A stretch of 63,905 nt of DNA, counting the filler, from an uncultured Rhodopirellula sp. (GTDB lineage: Bacteria > Planctomycetota > Planctomycetia > Pirellulales > Pirellulaceae): NCBI GenBank assembly GCA_964007735.1. It is 3 parts of 3 records of this genome, joined end to end, with 100 filler letters (N's around TTAATTAATTAA, not from the genome) between each part and the next. Parts side by side here need not be neighbours in the genome. Positions count along the whole stretch, not along the records: positions 1 to 26,681 come from CAXGAI010000056.1; 2 more parts are not named here. One strand, written 5' to 3'. Position 1 is the stretch's first letter, and every line of letters begins with the position of its first letter. Positions 1 through 9,803 of this stretch are shown here, piece after piece. A program made the translations under genes and the position numbers. The notes beneath the pieces were generated by a model, which made no database searches, was not told the DNA's origin, and was given only the letters and a program-made list of their open reading frames with translations.

Positions 1-1
1 A

Positions 2-2824
2 ATTGGAAGAGAAGTTGCAAGAAAGGCAAATGGCTTAGGTATGAATGCATTTCTGGATAGGGGAGCAATTGACCGGGCTGATTTTGTTGGTCCACGCGCC
101 TTGATCGTTGATCCGGTAACTTATGATGGCCAGTCAGCTGATATACCGGTACAAACAGAGTTCATGATTAAAAGTAGTGGTTTACCTGAAATCAATATTA
201 AGTTAGTTGATGGCGTGAATCTGCTTGATAACAAATCGGGAGCAGGTATCGATGATAATTCAATTGATCGTCGCACCGTGACGATGACGAAAAATGGTAG
301 TTTGATGGAATTGGGTAAAGATTACCTGGCCTTTTATGATTCCACGAATGACATTATTAAAATACGACCTGTTAGCGGATTATTTGAGTCAGACAACAGT
401 TATAGGATTAGCCTGACCAATGTTGCTGGTCACATCTTAGAGATGGTTGGTGGGAACCTCCAATCGGATGGTGAAACTATCGAAATTGCTGATCAGGATG
501 GAATTAACGTCACGTTTGAATATGACTCCGGTTATTCGATCTATGTACGACCGAGTTACACGTTATTGATTCCTGAGGCTGGCGGTGCTGGAATCGATGA
601 CGGAGATCTTGTCGTCGTAGATCATTCCGAAGATGGTACTACTACGTTCGAATTCGATCGAGATGGTGTTGTCTCAGGGAATAACACGGCGATCGAATAT
701 ACGTTATCTACCACAGCACAACAAATTGTGAACAAACTTTCAGCAACATTTATCGCTGCCAATATTGATCTCATGCCGAGAGATCTTGGTGACTATCAGT
801 TGATGCTTGGAAGTAACGAAGACCATACACTTGATGCAAGTGCTTCTAATCTTGCTCAATTAGGTTTTCCATCTAGTGTCAAAGATGGGGAAAGCTTTTC
901 CGCCGTGATTCAAGGAGAACTCCAGTGCTTTGAGTTTGATACGGATGGGGATACTACTCTGAATGACAATGAGCCCGGGGCTTGTATGGATACGGAGAAT
1001 TCAATAACTAACGTGATTGAATTTGAGTATTCGCAGTCGCAGGATGAAATGGCGGAAGAAATATCGAATGCCTTAAATGAAACTTTCGAATCACTTGAAT
1101 CGGATGACTATGAGGGTGGAATTATCCATCTTGGAAGTGAATTAGGCATGCACTTGCCAACATCACTATACGACTCATCACTTACTGTAAGCGGCCTGCC
1201 AGGCACATTCGTTGATTATGGCCTTAACGTGGGAGCTGTGGATAATCTGACCGCAGGTCAGACGTTTGCAATTTCGTCCGGCCCCAATGCTGCAGAGCGT
1301 TTTGAGTTCGTGGAAGATCTGGAGACGCTCACCGAAGGAAATCACCCCATAGTCTTTGATATGGATACCACAACAGAAAGCTTGGCGGTTACAATCGCGT
1401 TGGAAATTGAAAAAACCGGTTTGGGATTGCAACCGGTTTTGCTAGGCGGCGGCGCGATTGCTCTTCATGGTTCGACGACTGCCCATACGATGGATCTGGT
1501 TGGCACGATGTTAACGCAGTATGGAAATGCTGGTGCAGAAGCTAATGCTGCCATGCCATTTGTTCCTCATGAATCATTCACTGAACAAAATATGGCAGAT
1601 ATGGTAGCAGCAGAAATTGTTGCCAATGCCGAGTTAGATGGGATAACGGCTCTGGCAGCGGATGATACTGTTGAGGTGGGTGGAGCTGCCAGTGTTAGCG
1701 GTGCTTCAGCGATTACTTATACCGGAGTCCAGGATGTTGCAGGGAATAAACTGCAGAATAACCAAATAGACGGCACGACAACCTTTACCCTGAATTTAAA
1801 TTCGGGCTTGGATCACGCCGATGCGCTTGGTTACGACAATGCCTCTCATGAAGTTGTGAGTGAATTGAAGCTTGGGCAGACTGTTGATGTTGAATCGGAA
1901 CCACTCGCCAATGAAGATGCTTCAGGTGACCTGAGTGACGATGGAGTTACGTTTGACAATTTGTTAATCATTAATGGAAATCTTGAGATTACAGTCACGG
2001 TAGATGGAGTACCGGTGACGGAATCGGCATATCTTTCCGCATGGTTGGATAGAAATGGTGATGGTACATTTGATCCGGAAGAGAGGTTTATTCACGGGAC
2101 TCCTGTTGGAGCAAACGGCTCGGTGCCTTACAGCTTTAATGCAGAATTGTCGCCATTGTATTATTGCAATCCGATACTAGATGATGCTTGCTCTGAGACA
2201 GTTGCAAACGCCTTTATTGGAGATACAATAGCTCGCTTCCGAATTAGCACTGAAGAACTTATAGGGCCTACAGGTGAGGTGGAAACTGGTGAAGTGGAGG
2301 ACTACCGGGTAACAATTCAACGCAGCGGCTGGCAGAACCCATATATCAGTGAGGATGTAAATCAAGATGGAACTGTGTCGCCGATAGATGCTTTGCTTGT
2401 AATCAATCACATGGAGGAAAATCCGGGTAATCATCCATTACCACTTCCTACAACGGGCAATGCACCTCCTCCATTTGTAGATGTTACTGGCGATAACTAT
2501 GTCGCCCCAAATGACGCATTACAAATAATTAATATCTTAAATGGTGACGAAGGTGAGTCTGAAGGCGAGTTTGCTGAGGGTGAGTTTGTCCCTGCCGTCC
2601 CGGCAGCGACTAGTCGCTTTAACGTCGGAACTCGCACCGTTGTGCATAATGCGATTCAAGAAGCCTCGATTGACTTAGAACGGGTGCGTGAACAACAGTT
2701 CTCTGAATTAAGTTCGCATGGCCTGGATAATTTGGACGATTTGCTAACATCAATTGCTGAGGATGGTCGTCAGTCAGCCGCAGATGAACTGGATGAGTTC
2801 TTTGCCAATATTCGTTTTGAGTAA
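2..2824 (+). CDS. Large acidic extracellular/surface protein with GEVED domain and C-terminal planctomycete dockerin-like domain (5' partial)
   Basis: Frame is open from nt 2 (IGREVARKANGLG-M), so the gene starts before the window. Repeated 'TFEFD' beta modules; 'AWLDRNGDGTFD...ARFRIS...GEVEDY' GEVED; duplicated 'DVNQDGTVSPIDALLVIN / DVTGDNYVAPNDALQIIN' dockerin-type repeats. Confidence 0.85.
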   Translation: MGREVARKANGLGMNAFLDRGAIDRADFVGPRALIVDPVTYDGQSADIPVQTEFMIKSSGLPEINIKLVDGVNLLDNKSGAGIDDNSIDRRTVTMTKNGSLMELGKDYLAFYDSTNDIIKIRPVSGLFESDNSYRISLTNVAGHILEMVGGNLQSDGETIEIADQDGINVTFEYDSGYSIYVRPSYTLLIPEAGGAGIDDGDLVVVDHSEDGTTTFEFDRDGVVSGNNTAIEYTLSTTAQQIVNKLSATFIAANIDLMPRDLGDYQLMLGSNEDHTLDASASNLAQLGFPSSVKDGESFSAVIQGELQCFEFDTDGDTTLNDNEPGACMDTENSITNVIEFEYSQSQDEMAEEISNALNETFESLESDDYEGGIIHLGSELGMHLPTSLYDSSLTVSGLPGTFVDYGLNVGAVDNLTAGQTFAISSGPNAAERFEFVEDLETLTEGNHPIVFDMDTTTESLAVTIALEIEKTGLGLQPVLLGGGAIALHGSTTAHTMDLVGTMLTQYGNAGAEANAAMPFVPHESFTEQNMADMVAAEIVANAELDGITALAADDTVEVGGAASVSGASAITYTGVQDVAGNKLQNNQIDGTTTFTLNLNSGLDHADALGYDNASHEVVSELKLGQTVDVESEPLANEDASGDLSDDGVTFDNLLIINGNLEITVTVDGVPVTESAYLSAWLDRNGDGTFDPEERFIHGTPVGANGSVPYSFNAELSPLYYCNPILDDACSETVANAFIGDTIARFRISTEELIGPTGEVETGEVEDYRVTIQRSGWQNPYISEDVNQDGTVSPIDALLVINHMEENPGNHPLPLPTTGNAPPPFVDVTGDNYVAPNDALQIINILNGDEGESEGEFAEGEFVPAVPAATSRFNVGTRTVVHNAIQEASIDLERVREQQFSELSSHGLDNLDDLLTSIAEDGRQSAADELDEFFANIRFE

Positions 2825-2973
2825 CCATTAAATTATCAGAGTCTGTTAGTTTGCAATTGAATTGACCTTTCGCTTGCCAGTATCCTTATCTCATCCTAGG
2901 ATTCATAAGGGCACAGCATGAAGTTGCTGCTTGCCTTAAGTGGGCACCTTACAGGTGAAAGGTCAATAACGGT

Positions 2974-5487
2974 ATGTCGATACGCCGTCGACTCTATGAA
3001 CGATTCAAGCGGCAGTGGCGTAGTTCGCCACCGACCCCTCTGCGCAGTCGGAAGGCTTTATTTGAATCTCTGGATGATCGTCTCGTGCTCAGTGCGTCCC
3101 CTTTTGGTGCGATGGTGCAGGATACAGGTGAATATCTTCTTGGTAGCTCTGCCGTGACGGTCGTCTTGATGGAATCTGTCGGTGACGCGAGCACAGAGAA
3201 TTGGGATGCCGCCGGGGTTGCTGCCGTCAAAGCGAAGATCGAAGAAGCACTTCAATGGTGGCAGGATACAATTGAAACGCAGTCCTCCGTTCATCGCCTT
3301 TCGTTTACGACAGACTACCAATATGCTGACAATCCGATCACGACGACCGTAGAGCCGATTTCGGAAAAGAGTAATGTTTACACGACGTGGGTCAATCATT
3401 TTCTTGATCAGGCGGGAGCCAATACGTCTGATGGTATTAGTGCGGACATTCGAAAATTCAATCACAGTCAGCGTCTTCTTCATGGTACCGACTGGGGCTT
3501 TACGATCTTTGTTGTGAATGATGAAAATGATGCCGACGGAATGTTTGCCGAAGGTGGCTCCTTTAGGCGAGCCTTTGCCTTTGCCGGCGGGCGTTATATG
3601 GTTGTTCCCGCCAATCGTCCGGCTTCTACTTTCGCACATGAAGTGGGGCATATGTTTTGGGCCAAAGATGAGTACCCTGGAGGCGGTTCTTATACGGATC
3701 GCCGTGGTTACTATGATGCCCCCAATTTGAATGCGCACGATAATCCTGCTGAAGGATTTGTGCAACAACCCAGCATCATGGGGTCAGGTTCGCTTTTGAC
3801 CACCGCTTATGCAGCGAATACTTCAAGCCAGTCCTCTTTTGAAATGTTGGGTTGGCGAGATTCGGATGGAGATGGAGTTTTCGATGTGTTAGATGTGCCT
3901 CACACTTTAAAAGGCATGGGGCAGCAGATAGCAGACGAATATCACTTTGAGGCAACAGCTTCAGTTAATCAGGTGGTGAATCAAAACAGCTCGGGATTTC
4001 AGAGCGATATTACGTTGAATCAAATCGATGTTGTTGAATATCGCTTTGATAGTGGCGATTGGGTTGTTAGCTCCACTCCTGAAACACCAGCAGCGGAAAT
4101 AGCATTTCAGGTATCTGTACCAACGGATGCTTTACAAATTGAAATTCGGACTCGGACGATCGACGATCTTTCCTTGCAAACGATTGCAGCCTCGGAATCG
4201 TTTGTAGCTCTGTTAGAGTCGAAAGAGATCAATGCAGAGGATGGATTGGCAGGATATGTCTGGTCAGACCTGAACGATAACGATCAATGGGATAGCGGTG
4301 AATCCGGCGTCTCTGATGTAGCCGTTCGCTTGGTGGACCAAGATGGGGAGCCGATAGTCATGTCGTCGAGTCACGATCCGGACCCATATCCGGATAGTGC
4401 GATCCTCAATAGTCTGTTTGACGGCATACAGGTCGCTGCGGTTGGGACGCATATTCTTAATGCGAATGTTTATTCCCGAGTTGATAGTCGGGCGTCCACA
4501 GGTGACCGGGTCTTTGCCAATTTTAATGCAGGGACGAATTCGGTGGTGCAGACGTGGGGAGCAGATTCGAGAACGCTGAGAATAACGTTCGATACACCTC
4601 AGTCGGTTGTATCGATTGACGCAATTGCTGATGACGCCGGGGATGTGGCGCGTTTGGAAGCATACGATTCAGGAGGGGAACTGCTCGAAAGAATAACATC
4701 TGAGGTGTTAAAGGATGGTGAAAAGGTTCGCCTCAGGCTGAACCGCCCCGCCTCTGATATAGCTTATGTGATTGCCAGGGCTCATTACAATACGGAAGTT
4801 CTTCTGGATAACCTTGTCGTGGGAGCAGATTCAGAGACGCTAACAGGTGGCCTTGGAGAATTTAGGTTTGAAGGGTTGCCGGCGGGAGACTATCGAATTG
4901 AAGCAGTGCCTGGTAGCGGTCAGCAGATGGGAACCCCCTCCATTGTTAATCGGACGATCGTGGGTACTCAGCCAGTGACAGACATAGTCTTTGGCCTTGA
5001 GTTACCTCCCTGGTTGAATAGTTCTAATTCAGAAGATATCAATGGTGACGGTCTTGTCTCGCCAATCGATGCATTAGTGGTTATCAATGATCTCAATCAG
5101 AATGGGGCGCGTGAACTACCTCTTCCCACAGATTCTGTCAGCCCCCCGCCTTATCTTGATTCCAGCGGCGATGGATGGGTGACCAGCCTTGATGCGCTGA
5201 GAGTGATAAACCTGCTCAATGCTCAAGCAGATGCTGAGTCGGAATCAGAAGGCGAAGCAGAGTGGATGGGGCCAGCCAACTTTTCAAGTCCGGTTGAAAA
5301 TCATAGCAGTCTTGAATTCGTGTCGGATACCGGGATTTTTGTAGAATCGTTAATTCAGGTTGAATTAGAAAATGACTACTTGTACCATTGTCAGGCAATT
5401 GACCTGACTTTGAGCCTTTGGGTATCCGGCAACGACAAGTCGGTACCCAAAGAAGTAGAAGAACTTGAGTTGTTACCAGTCAGCTAA
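2974..5487 (+). CDS. Secreted zinc-metalloprotease-like protein with planctomycete LExRxLL leader, SdrD-B-like domain and dockerin-like C-terminus
   Basis: 'RKALFESLDDRLVLS' leader; 'HEVGHMFWAKDEY' zinc motif with downstream 'PSIMG' Met-turn-like motif; 'GYVWSDLNDNDQWDSGESG' SdrD-B-like; 'DINGDGLVSPIDALVVIN' dockerin. Confidence 0.85.
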   Translation: MSIRRRLYERFKRQWRSSPPTPLRSRKALFESLDDRLVLSASPFGAMVQDTGEYLLGSSAVTVVLMESVGDASTENWDAAGVAAVKAKIEEALQWWQDTIETQSSVHRLSFTTDYQYADNPITTTVEPISEKSNVYTTWVNHFLDQAGANTSDGISADIRKFNHSQRLLHGTDWGFTIFVVNDENDADGMFAEGGSFRRAFAFAGGRYMVVPANRPASTFAHEVGHMFWAKDEYPGGGSYTDRRGYYDAPNLNAHDNPAEGFVQQPSIMGSGSLLTTAYAANTSSQSSFEMLGWRDSDGDGVFDVLDVPHTLKGMGQQIADEYHFEATASVNQVVNQNSSGFQSDITLNQIDVVEYRFDSGDWVVSSTPETPAAEIAFQVSVPTDALQIEIRTRTIDDLSLQTIAASESFVALLESKEINAEDGLAGYVWSDLNDNDQWDSGESGVSDVAVRLVDQDGEPIVMSSSHDPDPYPDSAILNSLFDGIQVAAVGTHILNANVYSRVDSRASTGDRVFANFNAGTNSVVQTWGADSRTLRITFDTPQSVVSIDAIADDAGDVARLEAYDSGGELLERITSEVLKDGEKVRLRLNRPASDIAYVIARAHYNTEVLLDNLVVGADSETLTGGLGEFRFEGLPAGDYRIEAVPGSGQQMGTPSIVNRTIVGTQPVTDIVFGLELPPWLNSSNSEDINGDGLVSPIDALVVINDLNQNGARELPLPTDSVSPPPYLDSSGDGWVTSLDALRVINLLNAQADAESESEGEAEWMGPANFSSPVENHSSLEFVSDTGIFVESLIQVELENDYLYHCQAIDLTLSLWVSGNDKSVPKEVEELELLPVS

Positions 5488-5515
5488 TAGGCCACTGGCA
5501 TTGGCGAAGAATAAA

Positions 5516-7540
5516 ATGAGTACTGAACAGCAACGACCGGCAGAAATAGTGGAGACCGATTCGGTTTCGGCGGTTTCCGATAGTGATCGACGTTTAAGCA
5601 CCAATCCAATTTCTCGTTTGTTGTCTTCGCGTCAAGGTTTAACCGGCTTGAAGCTGGAACATTGGAAAGGCTTGCTTCCGATTATCCAGCAGCACGAAGA
5701 GGAATATTTGGGACTAAATCAACGTGAGTTGAAAAAAGCTAGTCTGGCTTTGCGGTTCCGCGCTCGCAGTGGTGAGTCGCTCAGTAAAATACTTCCTGAA
5801 GCATACGCTCTTTGTCGAGTGGTTTCTTCACGCGTTCTGGGGATGCGTCATTATGACGTCCAGATTCTGGGAGGGGTTGCACTTTTTAAGGGGGCAATTG
5901 CAGAGATGGAAACAGGTGAAGGGAAGACTTTGACAGCTACCTTGCCTGTCTACTTGCGGGCATTAATGGGCCGTGGGGTTCACGTTGCGACGGTGAATGA
6001 CTATTTAGCTTCTCGTGATGCTGATTTGATGAAGCCGGTATACCAAACCCTGGGTTTGACGGTAGGCACTGTTCTAACTGATGACAATCGGGATCAGCGT
6101 CGTGAAGCGTATTATTCAGATATTACCTACGGGACAGCCAAGGAGTTTGGCTTTGACTTTATGCGTGATCGATTATTACTGCGACGCATGGGGCACGAAG
6201 CAGATAGCTTCTTGGGGGCAGGAAGTAGCCAGCGATGGGATGAGTCCGGAGACCGTCCGGTCCAACGGGAGGCCTACTTTGCATTGTTGGATGAAGCTGA
6301 CAGCATTCTCATTGATGATGCCCGTACTCCCCTGATCATCGGTTCATTAGAAGATGAAGCTCGTGAGCAGATTATGCAGACGTATTTGTGGGCAGCGGAA
6401 ATGGCCCCGCGTTTCATTGAGGATGACGACTACGAGTATGATCACGAAAAGCGCAAAGTTGAATTGAACTTTAAGGGGCGTCAGTTGGTCCGCTCTGCCT
6501 TGAAGCCAGATCTGGTGATGGAAGTGGGGCTAGTCGATCTATACGAATATATAGAACGTGCCATTAAAGTTGGTCGCGAGTTCTTCCTTGATCAGCAATT
6601 TGTGATTCGTGAGGGTGAAATTGTCATTGTAGACGAATCAACAGGTCGAATAGCAGAAGGGCGGAAATGGCGGGATGGGATACATCAGGCAGTAGAGGCG
6701 AAGGAAGGTGTGGAGGTAAGTGTGCCCACCGGTCAGGCCGCAAGAGTCACGGTTCAGGACTTTTTCCTTCGGTATCGTCATTTGGCAGGCATGACAGGGA
6801 CAGCTCGTACGTCGGCCAGAGAATTCCGCAAAGTATACAAGCTTAGTGTGGTTAAGGTTCCGACAAACAGACCCAGTCAAAGAGTTGGCTGGAACGACAA
6901 AGTATTTGGAACAGAGGATATTAAATGGGATGCAATTGTGGATGAAGTGAAAGAAATCCACGGTCAGGGACGTCCCATTTTGATCGGTACGCGTTCGATT
7001 GATAAAAGTAATATTTTGTCAGCTAAACTACATCAGGCTGGAATTACACATCATGTGTTGAATGCAAATGAGGTTGAACGAGAAGCTGAGATCGTAGAGT
7101 TAGCCGGATTGTCAAGTCGTGTGACGGTGGCAACGAATATGGCTGGTCGGGGGACAGATATTAAGCTCGGTTCGGGCGTGCCCGATAAAGGTGGCCTGCA
7201 TGTGATTTGTACCGAATTGCACGACTCCGCCCGGATTGACCGTCAGTTAATAGGACGTTGTGCGCGTCAGGGCGATCCTGGATCGTACCGACAATTTATG
7301 TCGCTCGAAGATAAGATGCTTGAAGAAGCTCATGGAGATCAAAAGGCAGAGAAATACAAGGCGTTAGGAGCGGGCACGGACGGTGAAGTGAGTCAGTACG
7401 TGAATTTGCTTCGACGAGCACAGCACAAAGTTGAGAAAAAGCATTTTCGCGACCGAAGTGTCATGTTGCATTACGAGAAGGAGCGTCGCCGCATGCAGCG
7501 TGAAATTGGTCAGGATCCGTATTTGGATTCTGCCGAATAG
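5516..7540 (+). CDS. secA: Accessory, C-terminally shortened SecA-like ATPase
   Basis: 'METGEGKT' Walker A, 'VHVATVNDYLA', 'LLDEADS', 'GRKWRDGIHQAVEAKE', 'TNMAGRGTDI', 'RQLIGRCARQGDPG'; ~674 aa. ATG 5516 preferred to TTG 5465, which overlaps the upstream gene. Confidence 0.92.
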   Translation: MSTEQQRPAEIVETDSVSAVSDSDRRLSTNPISRLLSSRQGLTGLKLEHWKGLLPIIQQHEEEYLGLNQRELKKASLALRFRARSGESLSKILPEAYALCRVVSSRVLGMRHYDVQILGGVALFKGAIAEMETGEGKTLTATLPVYLRALMGRGVHVATVNDYLASRDADLMKPVYQTLGLTVGTVLTDDNRDQRREAYYSDITYGTAKEFGFDFMRDRLLLRRMGHEADSFLGAGSSQRWDESGDRPVQREAYFALLDEADSILIDDARTPLIIGSLEDEAREQIMQTYLWAAEMAPRFIEDDDYEYDHEKRKVELNFKGRQLVRSALKPDLVMEVGLVDLYEYIERAIKVGREFFLDQQFVIREGEIVIVDESTGRIAEGRKWRDGIHQAVEAKEGVEVSVPTGQAARVTVQDFFLRYRHLAGMTGTARTSAREFRKVYKLSVVKVPTNRPSQRVGWNDKVFGTEDIKWDAIVDEVKEIHGQGRPILIGTRSIDKSNILSAKLHQAGITHHVLNANEVEREAEIVELAGLSSRVTVATNMAGRGTDIKLGSGVPDKGGLHVICTELHDSARIDRQLIGRCARQGDPGSYRQFMSLEDKMLEEAHGDQKAEKYKALGAGTDGEVSQYVNLLRRAQHKVEKKHFRDRSVMLHYEKERRRMQREIGQDPYLDSAE

Positions 7541-7696
7541 CTATAGTAATGGAGATGTAATTTCTTTTAATTACCTGCGATTACGTCATATATTCAGGTT
7601 GTTATGGAAATGGGAATTCAGGTAGATTCGTTTTGTTGTATTATAGTTGCAACCCGACCAATAGGCAGATTGGTTAATTAAAGATAGGGGGGATGC

Positions 7697-9763
7697 ATGG
7701 CATCTGACGGGAGTAATCAGGAAGCGATTGAAAACACTAAGCAGCAAATTCGCGGCTTAGTTAGTGAGATTGCGCAGCTCTCCAAGAGTGAATTGGAACC
7801 GGGCGAATTCTATGCTGCATTCATGCAGAAGATTGTGTCGGCGTTGGCCGCTCATGGTGGTGCCGTCTGGAGTATGTCCGACGCGGGTGATGCTTCTGTT
7901 CTTTATCAGATCAACATTTCCGGTGATCTTCTTGACGATGACTCTGAAGACACGCTACGGCATAAAAAACTTTTACAAATAGTCGCTCATTCCAATGAGG
8001 CACAATTAATCCCTCCAAATTCTGGATTTGGCGAGGATGGTGCGATTGGTAATCCGACCGAACATTTGTTGGTTCTGGCTCCTTTAGCGGGGGATCAGGG
8101 CGTTGAGGCAGTTGTAGAAGTCTTCCAGCGTCCTAATGCTCAGCCAGCCACACAGCGAGGGTATTTGCGGTTCCTTGTTCAGATGTGTGAGTTGGCGGCT
8201 GAATGGGTTAAGAGCCAAAAACTCAGACAGTTTAGCGATCGACATTCCTTGTGGGCTCAGGCGGACCAGTTTAGCCGCTTAGTTCATCATAATCTGGATT
8301 TGCGAGAAACAGCGTATACGATTGTGAATGAAGGTCGGCGGCTGATTGGGTGTGATCGAGTTTCTGTTGCGTTAAGAAAAGGCTCCAAATGTCGTATCGA
8401 GGCTGTGAGTGGTCAGGATACAGTAGAGCGGCGAAGTAATGCAGTTACTTTATTGGGGCGGCTAGCGACTTTGGTGATGAAATCTGGTGAGTCGTTATGG
8501 TACGACGGTAACACAGAAGACTTACCTCCCCAAATCGAATCGGTACTCGATGAATATGTGGATGAATCCTATACCAGGATGATGGCAATCCTGCCACTGA
8601 AACGCCCAGAGACGAAAGCCGACGCTGCTCGTGACCCCTCCGAAGTGGACCCCAATGAGACCAGAAGGCGGGAAGAGTTTATTGGTGTGCTGATTATTGA
8701 ACAGATTGAAACCAATTTACCTCGTAATGTGCTCGACCCACGTGTCGATCTGGTTTATGAACATTGTTGTCGTGCCGTTGCGAATAGTCAGGAATACCAT
8801 AACTTATTCCTGATGCCGATGTGGCGTGCTATAGGTCGTACGGCCTGGGTGATTCGTGCTCGGGCTTTACCGAAGACGCTTGCTATTTCTTCGGTTGTAT
8901 TGGCAATCCTTTGCCTCTTTATCTTTGTTAAAGTCGATTTTTCGGTTGAAGCAGAGGGAGTTCTTCAGCCTGTCGATCGTCATGATATATTTGTCCCGGC
9001 GAACGGGATAGTAACACAACTGAATATCACCGACCAGCAGCAAGTGAAGGAAGGCGATGTCTTGTTGCAACTTGAAGATCCGGACTTGTTAATCGAAAAG
9101 CGGCGAGTGGAAGGGCAATTAGAGGAAACCAAGGACCAGCTTTCCAATGCGAGGAGAGCCCAGTTTCAAGTAGGCTTAAGCCCAGCGGATAAGATCCGTG
9201 TTTCCGGACAGGTCCAGCAGTTGATTTTAAGGCGAGATACATTGAATGGAGAACTCGCGATTATTCAAAAGAAAGAGGAACTTCTCGAAATCCGAGCTCC
9301 CAAGGATGGGCAGGTTGTTCTGCAGTGGGATATCGAAAAGACGCTTCTTCATCGTCCGGTAGCTATTGGTCAGGTCGTGATGACTTTGGTGGAAATGGGG
9401 GCTGATAAGGAATGGGAGTTAGAGCTGTCACTTCCTGAGCGCCGTCTGGGGCATGTATCCGCTTATCGAAATGAACACAGTGACACTCCTCAGAAAATCG
9501 AATATGTATTGGCTATGAATCCCGAGCACATTTTTGAGGGTACGGTGCTAGATATTGGACAATCCACGCAGGTTGAAGGTGAGGATGGTACGATTGTTCC
9601 AGTCTTGGTTAAGATTGATCGGGATGAATTAAAAGCTAGTTTGGATGGTCAGTTGCGGCCGGGGACGACAGTGACTGGAGACATTCATTGCGGACGATCG
9701 TCATTGGGATATTCATGGTTTCATGAAGCGATCCAATGGGTCCAATACAACTTATTGTTCTAG
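7697..9763 (+). CDS. GAF-like domain(s) fused to HlyD/efflux periplasmic adaptor (MFP) domain
   Basis: N-terminal GAF-like region ('RRLIGCDRVSVAL...IEAVSG'), one TM ('LAISSVVLAILCLFIFV'), lipoyl-like halves 'VPANGIVTQL...VKEGDVLLQL' and 'IRAPKDGQV' flanking a coiled coil; GGGGGG SD-like run upstream. Confidence 0.85.
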   Translation: MASDGSNQEAIENTKQQIRGLVSEIAQLSKSELEPGEFYAAFMQKIVSALAAHGGAVWSMSDAGDASVLYQINISGDLLDDDSEDTLRHKKLLQIVAHSNEAQLIPPNSGFGEDGAIGNPTEHLLVLAPLAGDQGVEAVVEVFQRPNAQPATQRGYLRFLVQMCELAAEWVKSQKLRQFSDRHSLWAQADQFSRLVHHNLDLRETAYTIVNEGRRLIGCDRVSVALRKGSKCRIEAVSGQDTVERRSNAVTLLGRLATLVMKSGESLWYDGNTEDLPPQIESVLDEYVDESYTRMMAILPLKRPETKADAARDPSEVDPNETRRREEFIGVLIIEQIETNLPRNVLDPRVDLVYEHCCRAVANSQEYHNLFLMPMWRAIGRTAWVIRARALPKTLAISSVVLAILCLFIFVKVDFSVEAEGVLQPVDRHDIFVPANGIVTQLNITDQQQVKEGDVLLQLEDPDLLIEKRRVEGQLEETKDQLSNARRAQFQVGLSPADKIRVSGQVQQLILRRDTLNGELAIIQKKEELLEIRAPKDGQVVLQWDIEKTLLHRPVAIGQVVMTLVEMGADKEWELELSLPERRLGHVSAYRNEHSDTPQKIEYVLAMNPEHIFEGTVLDIGQSTQVEGEDGTIVPVLVKIDRDELKASLDGQLRPGTTVTGDIHCGRSSLGYSWFHEAIQWVQYNLLF

Positions 9764-9803
9764 ACGACGACGTTACTCATCAAGTGCGTCATAGGGAAGA
9801 AAA

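Noticed and set aside
2851..2867. TTGCAATTGAATTGACC resembling the Fur-type palindrome
   Set aside because: 13/17 match but the right arm is broken; AT-rich context on a different contig.
3058..3768. 236-aa antisense ORF, and the many other 60-170 aa overlapping ORFs in the track
   Set aside because: Shadows of well-supported genes with no recognisable motifs.
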